Below the pieces are notes generated by a model that was given only the letters and a program-made list of their open reading frames with translations, searched no databases and was not told the DNA's origin. DNA of 64,000 nucleotides, taken from positions 1 through 64,000 of the forward strand of contig QPMI01000306.1 of assembly GCA_004431415.1 (NCBI GenBank). The letters are read 5' to 3'. Shown here piece after piece: positions 60,345 through 64,000 of this stretch. The position numbers and the translations under genes were made by a program. The stretch's first letter is position 1. Each line of letters opens with the position of its first letter. Origin of the DNA: Cyanophora paradoxa CCMP329. Its lineage: Eukaryota > Plantae > Glaucophyta.

Positions 60345-63300
60345 TAGAAAGATTTGGAGTGCATCCATCTTCTATTTTGTGGTGGATCGGAAACCTGGGG
60401 CCTTTGACTGAGTGGCTTGCTGGTGGGTAGGTTCATCTTCCTAAGGCTAGCGCCTTGTGCATATTCCCCCAGAGAGATTTGGGGTGCATCCATCTTCTAT
60501 TTTGCGGCGGATCAGAAACCTGGGGCCTTTGACTGAGTGATTTGCTGGTGGGTAGGTCATCTGCCTAAGGCTAGCGCCTTGTGCATATTCCCCCAGAGAG
60601 ATTTGAGATGCATCCATCTTCTATTTAGTGGCGGATCGGAAACCTGGGGCCTTTGACTGAGTGATTTGCTGGTGGGTGGGTTCATCTTCCTAAGGCTAGC
60701 GCCTTGTGCATATTCCCCCAGAAAGATTTGGAGTGCATCCATCTTCTATTTTGTGGCGGATCGGAAACCTGGGGCCTTTGACTGAGTGGCTTGCTGGTGG
60801 GTGGGTTCATCTGCCTAAGGCTAGCGCCTTGTGCATATTCTTCCAGAAAGATTTGGAGTGCATCCATCTTCTTTTTTGCGGCGGATCAGAAACCTGGGGC
60901 CTTTGACTGAGTGATTTGCTGGTGGGTAGGTCATCTGCCTAAGGCTAGCACCTTGTGCATGTTCCCCCAGAGAGATTTGGGGTGCATCTTTCTTGTTGTT
61001 TCTGGCGACTTGCTGGTGCCTTGTTCATATTCCCCGAGAAAGATTTGGAGTGCATTTCTCTTCAATTCTGTGATGGATGGGAAACCTGGGGCTTCCGATT
61101 GAGTGACTTGCTGGTCGGTGGGTTCATCTGCCTAAGGCTAGCGCCTTGTGCATACTCCCCCAGAAAGATTTGGAGTGCATCCATCTTCTATTTTGTGGCG
61201 GACCAGAAACCTGGGGCCTTTGACTGAGTGGCTTGCTGGTGGGTGGGTTCATCTGCCTAAGGCTAGCGCCTTGTGCATATTCCCCCAGAGAGATTTGGGG
61301 TGCATCTTCCTTCTATGTTGTGGCGGATCGGAAACCTGGGGCCTTTGACTGAGTGGCTTGCTGGTGGGTGGGTTCATCTGCCTAAGGCTAGCGCCTTGTG
61401 CATATTCCCCCAGAGAGATTTGGGGTGCATCCATCTTCTTTTTTGTGGCGGATCAGAAACCTGGGGCCTTTGACTGAGTGGCTTGCTGGTGGGTGGGTTC
61501 ATCTTCCTAAGGCTAGCGCCTTGTGCATATTCCCCCAGAGAGATTTGGAGTGCATCCATCTTCTATTTTGCGGCAAATCAGAAACCTGGGGCCTTTGACT
61601 GAGTGGCTTGCTGGTGGGTGGGTTCATCTGCCTAAGGCTAGCGCCTTGTGCATATTCCCCCAGAGAGATTTGGGGTGCATCCATTTTCTTTTTTGTGGCG
61701 GATCAGAAACCTGGGGCCTTTGACTGAGTGGCTTGCTGGTGGGTGGGTTCATCTTCCTAAGGCTAGCGCCTTGTGCATATTCCCCCAGAGAGATTTGGAG
61801 TGCATCCATCTTCTATTTTGCGGCGAATCAGAAACCTGGGGCCTTTAACTGAGTGATTTGCTGGTGGGTGGGTTCATCTGCCTAAGGCTAGCGCCTTGTG
61901 CATATTCCCCCAGAAAGATTTGGGGTGCATCCATCTTCTATTTTGTGGCGGATCAGAAACCTGGGGCCTTTGACTGAGTGGCTTGCTGGTGGGTGGGTTC
62001 ATCTTCCTAAGGCTAGCGCCTTGTGCATATTCCCCCAGAGAGATTTGGAGTGCATCCATCTTCTATTTTGCGGCGGATCGGAAACCTGTGGCCTTTAACT
62101 GAGTGATTTGCTGGTGGGTGGGTTTATCTGCCTAAGGCTAGCGCCTTGTGCATATTCCCCCAGAAAGATTTGGAGTGCATCCATCTTCTATTTTGTGGCG
62201 GATCAGAAACCTGGGGCCTTTGACTGAGTGGCTTGCTGGTGGGTGGGTTCATCTTTCTGAGGCTAGCGCCTTGTGCATATTCCCCCAGAAAGATTTGGAG
62301 TGCATCCATCTTCTATTTTGTGGCGGATCGGAAACCTGGGGACTTTGACTGAGTGGCTTGCTGGTGGGTGGGTTCATCTGCCTAAGGCTAGCGCCTTGTG
62401 CATATTCCTCCAGAAAGATTTGGGGTGCATCCATCTTCTATTTTGTGGCGGATCAGAAACCTGGGGCCTTTGACTGAGTGGCTTGCTGGCGGGTGGGTTC
62501 ATCTTCCTAAGGCTAGCGCCTTGTGCATATTCCCCCAGAGAGATTTGGGGTGCATCCATCTTCTATTTTGCGGCAGATCAGAAACCTGGGGCCTTTGACT
62601 GAGTGGCTTGCTGGTGGGTGGGTTCATCTGCCTAAGGCTAGCGCCTTGTGCATATTCCCCCAGAGAGATTTGGGGTGCATCCATTTCTTTTTTGTGGCGG
62701 ATCAGAAACCTGGGGCCTTTGACTGAGTGGCTTGCTGGTGGGTGGGTTCATCTTCCTAAGGCTAGCGCCTTGTGCATATTCCCCCAGAGAGATTTGGAGT
62801 GCATCCATCTTCTATTTTGCGGCAAATCAGAAACCTGGGGCCTTTAACTGAGTGATTTGCTGGTGGGTGGGTTCATCTGCGTAAGGCTAGCGCCTTGTGC
62901 ATATTCCCCCAGAAAGATTTGGGTGCATCCATCTTCTATTTTGTGGCGGATCAGAAACCTGGGGCCTTTGACTGAGTGGCTTGCTGGTGGGTGGGTTCAT
63001 CTTCCTAAGGCTAGCGCCTTGTGCATATTCCCCCAGAGAGATTTGGAGTGCATCCATCTTCTATTTTGCGGCGGATCGGAAACCTGTGGCCTTTAACTGA
63101 GTGATTTGCTGGTGGGTGGGTTATCTGCCTAAGGCTAGCGCCTTGTGCATATTCCCCAGAAAGATTTGGAGTGCATCCATCTTCTATTTTGTGGCGGATC
63201 AGAAACCTGGGGCCTTTGACTGAGTGGCTTGCTGGTGGGTGGGTTCATCTTTCTAAGGCTAGCGCCTTGTGCATATTCCCCCAGAAAGATTTGGAGTGCA

Positions 63301-64000
63301 TCCATCTTCTATTTTGTGGCGGATCGGAAACCTGGGGACTTTGACTGAGTGGCTTGCTGGTGGGTGGGTTCATCTGCCTAAGGCTAGCGCCTTGTGCATA
63401 TTCCTCCAGAAAGATTTGGGGTGCATCCATCTTCTTTTTTGTGGCGGATCAGAAACCTGGGGCCTTTGACTGAGTGGCTTGCTGGTGGGTGGGTTCATCT
63501 TCCTAAGGCTAGCGCCTTGTGCATATTCCCCCAGAGAGATTTGGAGTGCATCCATCTTCTATTTTGTGGCGGACCAGAAACCTGGGGCCTTTGACTGAGT
63601 GGCTTGCTGGTGGGTGGGTTCATCTGCCTAAGGCTAGCGCCTTGTGCATATTCCCCCAGAGAGATTTGGGGTGCATCTTCCTTCTATGTTGTGGCGGATC
63701 GGAAACCTGGGGACTTTGACTGAGTGGCTTGCTGGTGGGTGGGTTCATCTGCCTAAGGCTAGCGCCTTGTGCATATTCCCCCAGAGAGATTTGGGGTGCA
63801 TCCATCTTCTTTTTTGTGGCGGATCAGAAACCTGGGGCCTTTGACTGAGTGGCTTGCTGGTGGGTGGGTTCATCTTCCTAAGGCTAGCGCCTTGTGCATA
63901 TTCCCCCAGAGAGATTTGGAGTGCATCCATCTTCTATTTTGCGGCAAATCAGAAACCTGGGGCCTTTAACTGAGTGATTTGCTGGTGGGTGGGTTCATCT
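60345..64000 (+). repeat. Sat125 variant array (GGGTTCATC / GCATCCATC variant), more homogeneous
   Basis: 125 bp periodicity of spurious ORFs; ~996 bp repeat (62249/63245). Confidence 0.98.

Noticed and set aside
1-64000. CRISPR array interpretation of the regular repeats
   Set aside because: No unique spacers, no cas genes, and eukaryotic introns are present.

Overview
Eukaryotic heterochromatin-like window (host genes have ~45-62 nt GT-AG introns; probably a protist or alga, species not determinable). Over a third is a 124-125 bp satellite (Sat124) in about 12 blocks that switch strand repeatedly and carry local higher-order repeats. A second, 146-147 bp satellite is also present. Embedded are four related Ty3/Gypsy LTR retrotransposon lineages (A-D), none intact. 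Where the relevant region is present they share a -1 frameshift cassette at the gag stop (A, B, C), a dUTPase-like spacer between protease and RT (A, B, C), and an unusual tandem duplication inside RNase H (A, C, D). A triple nest can be resolved to the base: a hAT transposon is split inside its BED finger by an unclassified TIR element (CCGTGTGAGGCC termini, TCGT target duplication), which itself carries Gypsy A (AGAG target duplication, tRNA-Lys PBS). Also present are an L1-type LINE 3' fragment, a short virus-like ORF island, and three glycan genes (SLC35E3/UXT/URGT-like transporter, NRS/ER rhamnose synthesis gene, intronless GT-B glycosyltransferase). Many junctions carry filler built from nearby sequence snippets, suggesting end-joining-driven reshuffling of the array; assembly artefacts cannot be excluded from sequence alone.
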